From Alkanindiges sp. WGS2144 (GTDB lineage: Bacteria; Pseudomonadota; Gammaproteobacteria; Pseudomonadales; Moraxellaceae): a stretch of DNA of 32,000 bases. Below, one piece after another: positions 1 through 9,479 of the stretch (its first letter is position 1; the number at the start of each line of letters is the position of its first letter). The notes beneath the pieces are model-generated. The model worked only from the letters and a program-made list of their open reading frames with translations, searched no databases and was not told the origin of the DNA. A program made the translations under genes and the position numbers. The stretch is from the NCBI RefSeq assembly GCF_043950625.1, contig NZ_CP171007.1. The stretch is one strand, 5' to 3'.

Positions 1-40
1 CTATTGTAGAGTCAAGGGATTAAGCCTTTTTTCCTTTCCT

Positions 41-964
41 ATGCAAATCTGGTATATCAGTGATGGCAAGGCCGGGCATCGTGCTCAGGCATTAGGGCTC
101 ATTGCTGCGCTAGAGCGTCAGCTGATTCAGGTTCAGTGGCTGGAACTTGCTGCCCAGCAGTTATCAGTGTCTGCATTATTACTACATTGGCTCAGTGCAG
201 GTTCTTTTGGGCACTTGCCAGAGTTGATCAAAAACACTTCATCCCCGGACTTGATTATTGGGGTAGGGCATCAAACCCATTGGAAAGTTCTATTACTTAA
301 AAGAAATTTTCCTGCGGCAAAAACCCTGGTGTTAATGCAGCCGAGCTTGCCACTAAGCTGGTTTGATTACCTGATTATCCCTGAGCATGATTCACCCGTA
401 ACCCAACCCAATGTGTTCATTAGCCGCGGGGTATTAAATCCTGTGATTAATGAGCAGCGACATCAGCCAGGGCGGGGATTAATCTTGATCGGCGGGCCGT
501 CCAAGCGGCATGGCTGGTCTGACCCGGATATACTTTTTCAACTACAGCAAATTTTTGCACAATATCAGGGTGATGAACTGATTGTCACGACATCACGCCG
601 TACGCCTGAGCATTTTTTACAGCAGGAATTTTTTCAGTATCTTCCCGAGTATGCCAGGCTGTGTCCGGTTGAACATACCCCGGTAGGTTGGTTGTTTGAG
701 CAGTTACAGCTGTCTGCTATGGTGTGGGTTACTGAAGATAGCATATCCATGCTATATGAAGCACTAACGGCAGGCTGTCAGGTGCAATTGATTGCTATGC
801 CGCGTCTTAAGCGAGATCGTATTACCTACTCTATTGACCAGTTGCTGGAGCAGCATATCGTTGGTCGCTCTGGCCAGCCAGCTATTGATCAGATTGTACC
901 CGCTCCATTAAATGAGGCTGATCGTGCAGCTAACTGGCTTATTCAACAAATACAAGGCGAATAG
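41..964 (+). CDS. ELM1/DUF1022-family protein (predicted LOS-core glycosyltransferase-like), paralogue A
   Basis: 307-aa ORF. N-terminal IWYISDGKAGH, central LIGGPSKRHGW and TTSRRTP motifs are typical of the bacterial Mito_fiss_Elm1/DUF1022 family. The same motifs recur in ORF 2820-3854. First gene of a tightly packed + strand operon. Confidence 0.75.
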   Translation: MQIWYISDGKAGHRAQALGLIAALERQLIQVQWLELAAQQLSVSALLLHWLSAGSFGHLPELIKNTSSPDLIIGVGHQTHWKVLLLKRNFPAAKTLVLMQPSLPLSWFDYLIIPEHDSPVTQPNVFISRGVLNPVINEQRHQPGRGLILIGGPSKRHGWSDPDILFQLQQIFAQYQGDELIVTTSRRTPEHFLQQEFFQYLPEYARLCPVEHTPVGWLFEQLQLSAMVWVTEDSISMLYEALTAGCQVQLIAMPRLKRDRITYSIDQLLEQHIVGRSGQPAIDQIVPAPLNEADRAANWLIQQIQGE

Positions 965-966
965 GC

Positions 967-1782
967 ATGAACATCTGGCTTGTTTTTTTTATTGTAATAA
1001 TTGGTCTGGCCTGGTTTAGTTACCGTTATGCCTGGTGGCGCTTACCTGTAGACTGGAGCCGTCCGCGTGTATTGATGTATCACATGGTACGTGAGCCTAT
1101 ACCTGCGGCAAAATTTAATAAACTACGGGTTAAACCGGCTGAATTTGAAAAGCAGCTGGCTTGGATGCAAGCGCAGGGTTTTCATTTTGTGACCATGCAG
1201 GAGTTACAAAAAAACTGGGGAAAGCACCCGAAAAAAACTGTAGCCATTACCTTTGATGATGGTTATCTGGATAATCTGGAGCTAGCCTATCCGATACTCA
1301 AAAGATATCAGGCTAAAGCTACAATTTACGTAGTGGTAGACCGGCATGACCGGGATTGGTCTACTTATAAAAAAGCCCATCATAATAGTGGTGAGCTGGC
1401 ACGTGAGCCTAAACTGAATGATGAGCAAGTGCAGCTTCTGGCGAATAGTGATTTAATTGAAATTGGTTCACATACTCTCACACATGCAAATTTAAATAAG
1501 TTAAATGACGAAGTGTGTTTTAAAGAGCTGCTGGAATCCAGACTACAACTGGAGCAATTGATTAAGCATCCTGTAACCAGTTTTGCTTATCCGTTTGGAA
1601 TTTATTCTATGCGTGATGTTAAGCTCGCCAGACAAGCGGGTTATCAAAATGCCGTTACTACCCAAGAAGGCATTGATACTGAGCAAGCTGATTTTATGCA
1701 ATTACAACGAATAAAAGTTAGTGGTAAAGATGGCTTGCTTGCTTTTAAATGTCGGATAAGAACAGGACAGCGGGGACTATAA
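967..1782 (+). CDS. Polysaccharide deacetylase (NodB homology domain) with N-terminal TM helix
   Basis: 271 aa. Hydrophobic N-terminus IWLVFFIVIIGLAWF. NodB motifs ITFDDGY and GSHTLTH. A 2-nt gap from the upstream ORF implies an operon. Confidence 0.85.
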   Translation: MNIWLVFFIVIIGLAWFSYRYAWWRLPVDWSRPRVLMYHMVREPIPAAKFNKLRVKPAEFEKQLAWMQAQGFHFVTMQELQKNWGKHPKKTVAITFDDGYLDNLELAYPILKRYQAKATIYVVVDRHDRDWSTYKKAHHNSGELAREPKLNDEQVQLLANSDLIEIGSHTLTHANLNKLNDEVCFKELLESRLQLEQLIKHPVTSFAYPFGIYSMRDVKLARQAGYQNAVTTQEGIDTEQADFMQLQRIKVSGKDGLLAFKCRIRTGQRGL

Positions 1783-1783
1783 C

Positions 1784-2812
1784 ATGGCAAGAATTAGTAT
1801 TGTCATGGCAGGCGATGAGGAAGGCGGCCTAGAAAAGCATGTGATTGAGCTATGTAATGGTTTGGCTGCCAAAGGTGAGCAAGTTAGCCTGATTGCTCAT
1901 AGCAAATATGAGAATCGTCTGGAAAAACAAGTTACTTTTTATCCAGTGGATCTAAGTAGAGGTCGACGCAATCCACTAGTGCTATGGCAACTTTATCAGG
2001 CCATTAAACAAAGCCGACCTGATGTTATTCATGCGCATGCCAACAAGGCTGTCAGTATGGTTGCACCGTTATTAAAATGGTTAAAAATTCCTTCAGTCGC
2101 TACCTTGCACAATAAAAAAAATAAATTGGATGCTTTTAAGCAATTTGATCGAATTATTACGGTAAGTCAGCGCGTGGCTGCACAATTTGATCAGCAGGAG
2201 AAAGTACGAATTGTTTTAAATGGTGTTTCCATCGCAAACTCGCCGCATCGTTTTATCAAAAATCATACTGAAAAAAACCCGGTTCAGGCCTTGGCAGTTG
2301 GCCGTTTAGTGGCTGCCAAAGGCTTTGATATATTAATTCAAGCCTGGCAGGGAATTGATGCGACGCTTAAAATTGTTGGAGACGGGCCGGATAGTAATGC
2401 TTTGCAGGCACAAATCTGCTCTCTTGGCCTGGAAAATAGTATTGAGTTACTGGGCTATCGGCAGGATATCCCTGAGTTATTGGCGCAATCCGATGTATTT
2501 ATAATTTCCTCACGTAATGAAGGTGGCCCATATACCTTGGCAGAAGCCTTGCTTATGCAAACGCCAGTGCTATCAACTGACGTTGGAATGGTGGCTGAAG
2601 TACTTCCCAATATATTGATTTGCAAGCCAAATGATGTAAGTGCACTGCATAAGCTATTAAAGCAATACCTGCTGGATTTGAGACATCTGAATACATTAAG
2701 TCAGCCTGTTTATCAGTTTGCACAGGGTCATTTAACCTTTGATGCAATGCTGGGCAAAACGATTGCTGTATATCAGGAATTAGTACCTAACCGCCAGGAA
2801 CAAAGGCTATAG
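1784..2812 (+). CDS. Glycosyltransferase family 4 (GT-B, Glycos_transf_1)
   Basis: 342 aa. C-terminal EX7E-type motif SSRNEGGPYTLAEALLMQTPVLSTDVG. 1-nt gap to the upstream gene. Confidence 0.85.
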   Translation: MARISIVMAGDEEGGLEKHVIELCNGLAAKGEQVSLIAHSKYENRLEKQVTFYPVDLSRGRRNPLVLWQLYQAIKQSRPDVIHAHANKAVSMVAPLLKWLKIPSVATLHNKKNKLDAFKQFDRIITVSQRVAAQFDQQEKVRIVLNGVSIANSPHRFIKNHTEKNPVQALAVGRLVAAKGFDILIQAWQGIDATLKIVGDGPDSNALQAQICSLGLENSIELLGYRQDIPELLAQSDVFIISSRNEGGPYTLAEALLMQTPVLSTDVGMVAEVLPNILICKPNDVSALHKLLKQYLLDLRHLNTLSQPVYQFAQGHLTFDAMLGKTIAVYQELVPNRQEQRL

Positions 2813-2819
2813 ATCTAAA

Positions 2820-3854
2820 ATGCCCAAAAGTAAAATGGTGGTTAAGCCTACAAAGGTTATCTGGGTCATCAGTGATGGCATTCCTGGCCATTTTAACCAA
2901 TCCAAAGGAATTTTACTGGCTTTGGAACAGTTGTATTCATTGCGAGTGGAATGGGTTGATTTACGATTAAGAAGTGGCATTTACCGGCGTATCCTAAGCT
3001 GGCTGCTAAATCACAGTCGGCCTGCATTAAATCTTTTGTCATGGTTTTATCGAGGGCAGTTGCCCTCAGGAAAGCCTGACATGGTGATCGGTGCTGGGGG
3101 GAAAAGTGCATTTGCCGTAGCATGGATTGGACAGTTCTTTGCTGCCAAAGTCATTTTTGCTGGTTCACTGCGTCAGCTCAGACCTGAGCTGTTTGATGCA
3201 GTACTGATTTTAGAGCCAAGTACGCAGACACCATTTATTAGTTTGCAAACTTCACCCATGCCTATTAATCAACCCATACTAAAACAGGCTGCCGATGCAT
3301 GGCTGGCTGAACATAACCAGCCTGAAAAACCCTTGTGGGCCATGCTGATTGGTGGAGATGGGGCCGGAGCACACTATCAGGACAGCGACTGGCAGAATCT
3401 GGCGCTGCATATGAATACACTTGCAGAAAAGCAAAATATTCAGTGGCTTATTACCAGCTCACGGCGCACAGGTAACGATGCTGAGCAAGTCTTAAGGCAG
3501 CATTTAAACAATGCCTTTGTGGCTGATGCTGTGTGGTGGAGTGATATGCCGTACCCGGTAACTTCTGCCTACCTGGGCCTGAGCGAAGTAGTATTTTGCA
3601 CAATTGACTCCATGTCCATGATGATGGAGTCAATTAGCGCCATGCGTCCGGTAGTGGCTGTAAAGCCAGAGTACTTTGTGCCGGATGATAATTTTCAACA
3701 GGCTATTGATCGTCTCAAGCAACAGCAATTAATAGCGAGCTGTAAGGTTATTGAGCTCAGCCAAAGTAGTAGTTACATTTTTGCATTAAAGCCACTAGAA
3801 TCTGAGCCGAGTATTACTTTGGCACAGTATTTGGCTGATAGGTTAGCGTTTTGA
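2820..3854 (+). CDS. ELM1/DUF1022-family protein, paralogue B
   Basis: 344 aa. VIWVISDGIPGH, LIGGDGAGAHY, ITSSRRTG and TIDSMSMMMES align with the corresponding motifs of ORF 41-964. An alternative Met lies at 2835. Confidence 0.75.
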   Translation: MPKSKMVVKPTKVIWVISDGIPGHFNQSKGILLALEQLYSLRVEWVDLRLRSGIYRRILSWLLNHSRPALNLLSWFYRGQLPSGKPDMVIGAGGKSAFAVAWIGQFFAAKVIFAGSLRQLRPELFDAVLILEPSTQTPFISLQTSPMPINQPILKQAADAWLAEHNQPEKPLWAMLIGGDGAGAHYQDSDWQNLALHMNTLAEKQNIQWLITSSRRTGNDAEQVLRQHLNNAFVADAVWWSDMPYPVTSAYLGLSEVVFCTIDSMSMMMESISAMRPVVAVKPEYFVPDDNFQQAIDRLKQQQLIASCKVIELSQSSSYIFALKPLESEPSITLAQYLADRLAF

Positions 3855-4921
3855 ACAAACTAAAAATCATTAATACCGTTTATGGCGATGCTACTGGCGG
3901 ACGTTGGCAGGCCATGCTCAATATGGCTGATACGCTGGAACAGTATGGTCATGAGGTCATATTGGTAAGGGGCGAAGAAAATGCCCATTTGAGTAGTGGC
4001 GAGCGGGCAATTACTGTACTGGAAAATCGTGGTTTTTATAGTATTAGCGCCGCGTTACGGGTTCGACAGTGGGTTAAACAGCAACGGCCTGACCTGATTA
4101 TTGCTCACAGTGGTCGTGCGGTTTGGCTGTTTAAGAACGCAACTATAGGGATGAATATCCCGGTTATTGCAGTGAATCATAGTCACAACGTCAAGCGCAC
4201 AGTACGCGCAGATGCGTTCATTCATATTACGCCGCATGTACAGCATTTGGTGCAGTCGCTACAAAGTCAGAAAGACAAGCTGAATAAACCACAAAAGGTA
4301 ATTTCCAACCTGATTCATTTGCCGGATGAACCTGCTGAACCAGCCTTGATGCGTCAGCCACCAACTATTTTAATGCTGACCCGCATGATTCATACCAAGG
4401 GGGTGCATGTATTAATTGGCGCAATCCATAAATTGCAGCAAAAAAATATTTTTGTACGCGCTATTATTGCCGGTGAAGGTGAGCTTAAGGCACACTATGA
4501 AAAAATGGTAGAAGATTACAATTTACGTGACCGGATTAGTTTTCCTGGCTGGGTTAATCAGGCACAAAAAATTGAGCTCTATCATCAGGCAGATCTTGTT
4601 GCTGTACCGTCGCTGGTAGATATCCAGCCTCTGGGGATTCTGGACGCCTTTGGCTGGGGCAAAGTGGTGTTAAGCAGTGATGCGATTGGTCCTTTGCAGA
4701 TCTGTCAGCACCAGAAAAATGCCTGGGTGAGCAAAGCGGATGATGCCGCTGCACTGGCAGAGGGTATTGGGTACTTAATTACCCATCCAGATGAAGCGCT
4801 AGCACTGGCTAAGCAGGCTAAAAAAGAAGCAGTGGAACGCTACTGTTTTGCGCAAATTGCCAAGGAGCATGATGCATTTGTCAGAGAAGTTGTCGCGCAC
4901 TACAACACTACGAATACTTGA
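3851..4921 (+). CDS. Glycosyltransferase family 4
   Basis: 356 aa. TTG start overlaps the upstream stop (TTGA, 4-nt overlap), suggesting translational coupling. GT4-like C-terminal half (VAVPSLVDIQPLGILDAFGWGKVVLSSD). Confidence 0.8.
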   Translation: MNKLKIINTVYGDATGGRWQAMLNMADTLEQYGHEVILVRGEENAHLSSGERAITVLENRGFYSISAALRVRQWVKQQRPDLIIAHSGRAVWLFKNATIGMNIPVIAVNHSHNVKRTVRADAFIHITPHVQHLVQSLQSQKDKLNKPQKVISNLIHLPDEPAEPALMRQPPTILMLTRMIHTKGVHVLIGAIHKLQQKNIFVRAIIAGEGELKAHYEKMVEDYNLRDRISFPGWVNQAQKIELYHQADLVAVPSLVDIQPLGILDAFGWGKVVLSSDAIGPLQICQHQKNAWVSKADDAAALAEGIGYLITHPDEALALAKQAKKEAVERYCFAQIAKEHDAFVREVVAHYNTTNT

Positions 4922-4927
4922 GTATTT

Positions 4928-5704
4928 ATGATAAAAAAATATCTTATCAGCCTTGAGCAACCTGGTCAGCCACGCTACGATCAATTCTTTAGCCATAATT
5001 GTTTTAATAGTAGTGACTTTAAGGTATTTGGTATTAAGGGAGTTGAGTTAAGCTGTAGCGAGTATTTTGTCAAAGGAGTTGCTGGAACGAAGCGTCCTCT
5101 ATCACCAGCTGAGGTCGGATGCAGATTGTCGCATATGGCAGCATTACAGGATTTCTTACAATCTAATGCAAAGTATGCTTATATTTTTGAGGACGATATT
5201 ATACCCCGGTACGAGTTTCAGTGTCTCGAAGATGTTGCCTTTTTGGGTGAGAATTTTATTTGCTCCCTGGGAGGAGTACGCTTAACCCTATGCAAGACAG
5301 TACGTGGAAAAATCCTTGAGCAGAATTTTTGTGGTTATCCATTGTTAAAGGTAAATAAAAATTATCTGGATGATACTTCCTATGCCATGGGTTATGTTAT
5401 TGACCGGATCGCCGCCCAGCATTATCTGGATTATCATCAAGTTCCACATGTGGCGGATGACTGGAAAGGCCTAATTAACAGTTGTCCTGATATTAGTTTT
5501 TATATGGCTGATCTACTTCATCACCCAGATTTACATGAACTTAGCGCAGTCAATAGTACCATTCAAGCTGAGCGTGACGCCCATCCAGCGCAGCAACTTA
5601 AATATAGCTTGTGGTATTGTTTAAGTCTGTATTATCAATATAAGCTTCAGCGTTTTAAGCGTAAAATTGCACGTTATACCAATCAGCGCTATCCGACAGT
5701 CTAA
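4928..5704 (+). CDS. Glycosyltransferase family 25 (LPS/LOS beta-glycosyltransferase, Lic2B/LgtB-like)
   Basis: 258 aa. N-terminal YLISLE and LSPAEVGCRLSHMAALQDFL...YAYIFEDDI are the GT25 signature. Last gene of the + strand operon. Confidence 0.8.
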   Translation: MIKKYLISLEQPGQPRYDQFFSHNCFNSSDFKVFGIKGVELSCSEYFVKGVAGTKRPLSPAEVGCRLSHMAALQDFLQSNAKYAYIFEDDIIPRYEFQCLEDVAFLGENFICSLGGVRLTLCKTVRGKILEQNFCGYPLLKVNKNYLDDTSYAMGYVIDRIAAQHYLDYHQVPHVADDWKGLINSCPDISFYMADLLHHPDLHELSAVNSTIQAERDAHPAQQLKYSLWYCLSLYYQYKLQRFKRKIARYTNQRYPTV

Positions 5705-5862
5705 TGATTCGTATGAATTACAGTTGTCCTGATAAATTTATTTTAAATTGAGTTTATACAAGAATAATCCAGGGGCGAAATTTTAAAGCCCCCTCAAGTT
5801 TTTATACTTAACATATACAATAGCCTGAAATTTATTTAGGGAAGACAACAATAAAAAAAATA

Positions 5863-5877
5863 TATCATGACATGATA
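5863..5877. repeat. Perfect 15-bp palindrome TATCATG-A-CATGATA (7-1-7), candidate operator upstream of the GT4 gene
   Basis: Read directly from the sequence. Lies in the AT-rich 257-bp gap, about 85 bp upstream of the ATG at 5962. Function unknown. Confidence 0.3.
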
Positions 5878-5961
5878 ATTTAATAAAAACTGCATCCAGT
5901 GCAGTCACAGATATTTTATCGCTTCAATTGAAAAATTTAATCCCGGGAGCGTAAGGATAAA

Positions 5962-7203
5962 ATGAAAATCATCATTATTGGTACTTATTTAAGTGGTTTT
6001 GGCGGTACAGAAGCAGTTCTCGCAAAATGGCAGAAAAATCTTGGTCGCTATTTATCCTGTTCGATTACGCTTATTTTAACTGACAAGTCAGAAAATACTG
6101 ACTGGCTGGCAGGTTACGATTATTTATTTTTAAATGAGCAGGCTATTCGCCAGGAACAACACTATGATGTTTTTCCAAAGTTATGGACTGCACGCAAGCT
6201 TAAAAGAAAATATAAAATTGACCTTATGAATCAGCGCCTGACAAAAGCCTTGCAGGATATTCAGCCGGATATTGTAGTCTGCATTAGCTATAGCTTGTTA
6301 AGCAGACTAGGACAGGTTAAAAATACAGCAGGGCTCAGTTTTATGCTGTATTACTGGGACCATATGGCGTACACCGTGTTACTGCAAAATGATATCAAAT
6401 ACAGAAAAGCCATACAGGTTGCAGAGGGTTATTTATGCATCAGCCAGGGAATTTATCAGGCGACACGGCAAATTATTGGTAACAAGAACGTTGCAAGGCA
6501 TTGCAAAACGGTTCATCTGATCCATAATCCGATTGAGCGAAAAAAACGTCAAATTAGTATTACCAGTCCGCCAATACGCTTTATTTATATGGGACGCCTA
6601 ATTGCCGAGGGACAAAAACAGGTTCGGGACATCTTTGATGCGGTGACTCGGCTTAGACATCATGATTTTGTATTGGATATTTATGGCGACGGCATTGATC
6701 GCTATAAGTTGGAGGAGTATGGTCGTCAGCATGGTATTTTGGACAAAGTACGTTTTCATGGTTGGAAGCACAATGCCTGGGACGCTATAAATCAGGCCAG
6801 CTGCCTGTTGCTGGCCTCAAACTTTGAAGGTTTACCTATGGTAATTGCTGAGGCACTTTCCTACGGCGTGCCTTGTATCAGCAGTAATTGTCCAACCGGG
6901 CCTTCGGATATGATCAAGGATGGGCTAAATGGATTTCTGTTTAAACCCAATGATATTGATGCATTAGCTTATCATATGCTGGAATTTATTCGTGGAGAAG
7001 CCTGCTTTAATCAGGCTACCATACAGCAATCCATTAAATTTATGTACGAGGAAAGCTATTTTTCAAATTTGAGGAATATCTTTAGCTCGCTCATGCAAGA
7101 GGACTTACCTAAAAATACTATGCAGCCAATAGCAGATTTAGCTTTGCATGGTTCTGGCCACTCTCAGGATCGTTTATTAACTCCAATACTGACAAAATCC
7201 TGA
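5962..7203 (+). CDS. Glycosyltransferase family 4
   Basis: 413 aa. Good SD (AAGGA) 5-6 nt upstream. ASNFEGLPMVIAEALSYGVPCISSNCPTGPSDMIKDGLNGFLF is a GT4 EX7E-type motif. Sampled 60-nt lines are about one third GC. Confidence 0.85.
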   Translation: MKIIIIGTYLSGFGGTEAVLAKWQKNLGRYLSCSITLILTDKSENTDWLAGYDYLFLNEQAIRQEQHYDVFPKLWTARKLKRKYKIDLMNQRLTKALQDIQPDIVVCISYSLLSRLGQVKNTAGLSFMLYYWDHMAYTVLLQNDIKYRKAIQVAEGYLCISQGIYQATRQIIGNKNVARHCKTVHLIHNPIERKKRQISITSPPIRFIYMGRLIAEGQKQVRDIFDAVTRLRHHDFVLDIYGDGIDRYKLEEYGRQHGILDKVRFHGWKHNAWDAINQASCLLLASNFEGLPMVIAEALSYGVPCISSNCPTGPSDMIKDGLNGFLFKPNDIDALAYHMLEFIRGEACFNQATIQQSIKFMYEESYFSNLRNIFSSLMQEDLPKNTMQPIADLALHGSGHSQDRLLTPILTKS

Positions 7204-7283
7204 GGCTAAGTTTTTAAAGCAAGACTTAAAATAGGAAAGTTTAATTCTGCCCAGAAAAAGGCCAAAGCCAGCGCAGCTCGTCT

Positions 7284-8291
7284 TTAGTAACCATCAGGAT
7301 TTTTGCTCTGCCAGTTCCACAGGTCACGAATCATGGTTTCCAGAGAGTACTCTGTCTGCCAGTTTAGCTCATCTTTAGCTTTGTTGGCATTAGCCCAAAA
7401 TGCAGCAATATCACCAGCGCGGCGCGGCGCAATCTGATACGGAATGTTAATGCCGGTAACCAGTTCAAAAGCCTGTACAATCTTTTTAACCGTCTGACCC
7501 TGACCAGTGCCCAAATTCCAAACAAAATTGCCGGTTTTTCCCTGAAGATATTGCAGTGCCCTGACATGTCCATGTGCCAGATCCATGACATGCAGGTAAT
7601 CCCGAATAGCAGTGCCATCTGGCGTTGGATAGTCGTCACCAAATATATTGAGATAGGGCAGTTTGCCTACCGCAACCTGGGCGATATAGGGTAATAGATT
7701 ATTAGGAATACCTTGTGGGTCTTCACCTATCCACCCGCTGGCATGCGCACCAATTGGATTAAAATATCTTAGATTGGCAAAAGCCCAGTCCGGGTTGGCC
7801 TGTGCCATTTTTTCCAGCATTTGCTCAATAACCAGCTTAGTATAGCCGTAATTATTGGTAGGCATAGCCAGCGGCATGGTTTCTACAAATTCACAGTTTT
7901 CATTGTCGCCATATACTGTGGCTGATGAGCTAAATACCAGCTGATATACCTGATGCGCCTGCATCACCTTGAGTAGTTGCACTGTGCCAGCAATATTATT
8001 GTCAAAATAATCCAGAGGCTTTTGCATGCTCTCGCCTACAGCTTTAAGGCCAGCAAAATGAATAACCGCTGTAATCGAGTGGTTTGTAAAAACCTGATTG
8101 AGCAGGCTTTCATCCCGAATATCCCCTTTAATAAAGGGCACGGCCTTGCCAGTAATTTTAGCAATGCGATCAATGGCAACGGCTGAACTATTGCACAGGT
8201 TATCTACAACAATAATATTAAATCCGGCTTCCAATAATACAACAGCGGTGTGCGAACCAATATACCCCGCACCACCTGTCACAAGAATCAT
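7284..8291 (-). CDS. galE: UDP-glucose 4-epimerase (GalE/Gne type SDR)
   Basis: 335 aa. MILVTGGAGYIGSH Rossmann motif, SSSATVYG and YGYTK catalytic motif. SD AGGAG 8 nt upstream of the start. Confidence 0.93.
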   Translation of the reverse strand: MILVTGGAGYIGSHTAVVLLEAGFNIIVVDNLCNSSAVAIDRIAKITGKAVPFIKGDIRDESLLNQVFTNHSITAVIHFAGLKAVGESMQKPLDYFDNNIAGTVQLLKVMQAHQVYQLVFSSSATVYGDNENCEFVETMPLAMPTNNYGYTKLVIEQMLEKMAQANPDWAFANLRYFNPIGAHASGWIGEDPQGIPNNLLPYIAQVAVGKLPYLNIFGDDYPTPDGTAIRDYLHVMDLAHGHVRALQYLQGKTGNFVWNLGTGQGQTVKKIVQAFELVTGINIPYQIAPRRAGDIAAFWANANKAKDELNWQTEYSLETMIRDLWNWQSKNPDGY

Positions 8292-8306
8292 GATGTTTCT
8301 CCTGGA

Positions 8307-9410
8307 TTAGCCAGTAAGCTGCATGAAATTCAGGTACATGCTATGCATGGACATTCTTTGCTTGTCTTCATCTGTGATGCAGTAGGGATGATTGACAACG
8401 TCATATAAGCGATTTGCTAAAGCCTGTTGATCCTGTGGTGGTACCAGCCCCTGTTGCAAATGTGGTGCGCTAAGTTGTTCTTGAATACCAGATGAGCAGG
8501 CATAGGCCACAACGGGAATGCCTAGAGAAAGTGCTTCAGCAATACACATTGGCGTTCCTTCAGCAAACGAGCTGGAAACCAGACATTTGGCATTGACCAC
8601 ATAAGGTGCTGGATTATTAACCTTTCCAATCATATCAACTCGATCATCCAGCTTGAGCTGGTTGATCAATCGCTGCACCATATCGCGTTCAGGACCATCT
8701 CCAATAATCGCCATTCGCCCCGTTAGACCACTTTTAGCAAAAGCCATCAGTGCATGATCTACCTGTTTGATTTTGTGAACCCGGCCGACAAAGACTACAT
8801 CCCAATGCTGGTTAACCTGTACTTCATTCAAAGACTGATAAAGTTTTTGCTGATCTACACCATTATAGATGGTAATTAATTTTGAATTTCTAAGTAAAGG
8901 GAAATACTTGTCGGTCAAGTGCTGGCTTACCGTAATAATATTGGCACCGTCTAGCAATTGAATAAACTTACGGGTATAGCGGATAACGCGAAAAAATTCC
9001 TTTACTTTTTTAATCAGGTTCTGGGTTGGTCGCTTTTCAATCAGGTCACCATGAATCCAGTGCCACACATTGCCGCTAAGGTAAGGACGCAACCAGTGTC
9101 CATTATTATATTGAGGAATAATCAGATCAAATTGCTGACTCAGAAGCTGCTGTAAGGTTTGCTGTTCCTGAGTAGTTAAATGGCGGTCTTTCCACAACTT
9201 GCCGAATGCGAAAAAATCAGAAAAACCCAGATCAACATAATGAATGGTTGATGGCGTTGTAAAGTAATTTTTCTTGCCGTTTAATACCGCCAGTGTGACC
9301 TCTTCACCTTGCTGAGCCATATAATTTGCCAGCTCAATAGTTACTTTTTCAGCGCCGCCACAGCCCAGGTGATCAATAATAAAAAGTATTTTTTTTGGCA
9401 TGGCAATCAT
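8307..9410 (-). CDS. Glycosyltransferase family 4
   Basis: 367 aa. KKILFIIDHLGCGGAEK N-terminus and SSSFAEGTPMCIAEALSLGIPVVA motif. 15-nt gap to galE. An alternative start lies at 9401. Confidence 0.85.
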   Translation of the reverse strand: MIAMPKKILFIIDHLGCGGAEKVTIELANYMAQQGEEVTLAVLNGKKNYFTTPSTIHYVDLGFSDFFAFGKLWKDRHLTTQEQQTLQQLLSQQFDLIIPQYNNGHWLRPYLSGNVWHWIHGDLIEKRPTQNLIKKVKEFFRVIRYTRKFIQLLDGANIITVSQHLTDKYFPLLRNSKLITIYNGVDQQKLYQSLNEVQVNQHWDVVFVGRVHKIKQVDHALMAFAKSGLTGRMAIIGDGPERDMVQRLINQLKLDDRVDMIGKVNNPAPYVVNAKCLVSSSFAEGTPMCIAEALSLGIPVVAYACSSGIQEQLSAPHLQQGLVPPQDQQALANRLYDVVNHPYCITDEDKQRMSMHSMYLNFMQLTG

Positions 9411-9479
9411 GGTAAACCGGCAATTAAACAGGGTTCAGAATATAGCTTAAAACTGGTTTTGATAGAATGATTCTTTACA

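Noticed and set aside
5771-5805. Hairpin AGGGG...CCCCT followed by a T-rich stretch, as terminator of the six-gene operon
   Set aside because: The stem is only about 5 bp with a roughly 14-nt loop, and the T-run is separated from the stem. This is too weak to call as a feature, though some termination here is plausible.
5705-5961. The AT-rich gaps at 5705-5961 and 10458-10884 as insertion-sequence or MITE remnants
   Set aside because: I found no terminal inverted repeats, flanking direct repeats or transposase fragments in any frame. Only one palindrome and weak hairpins are present.
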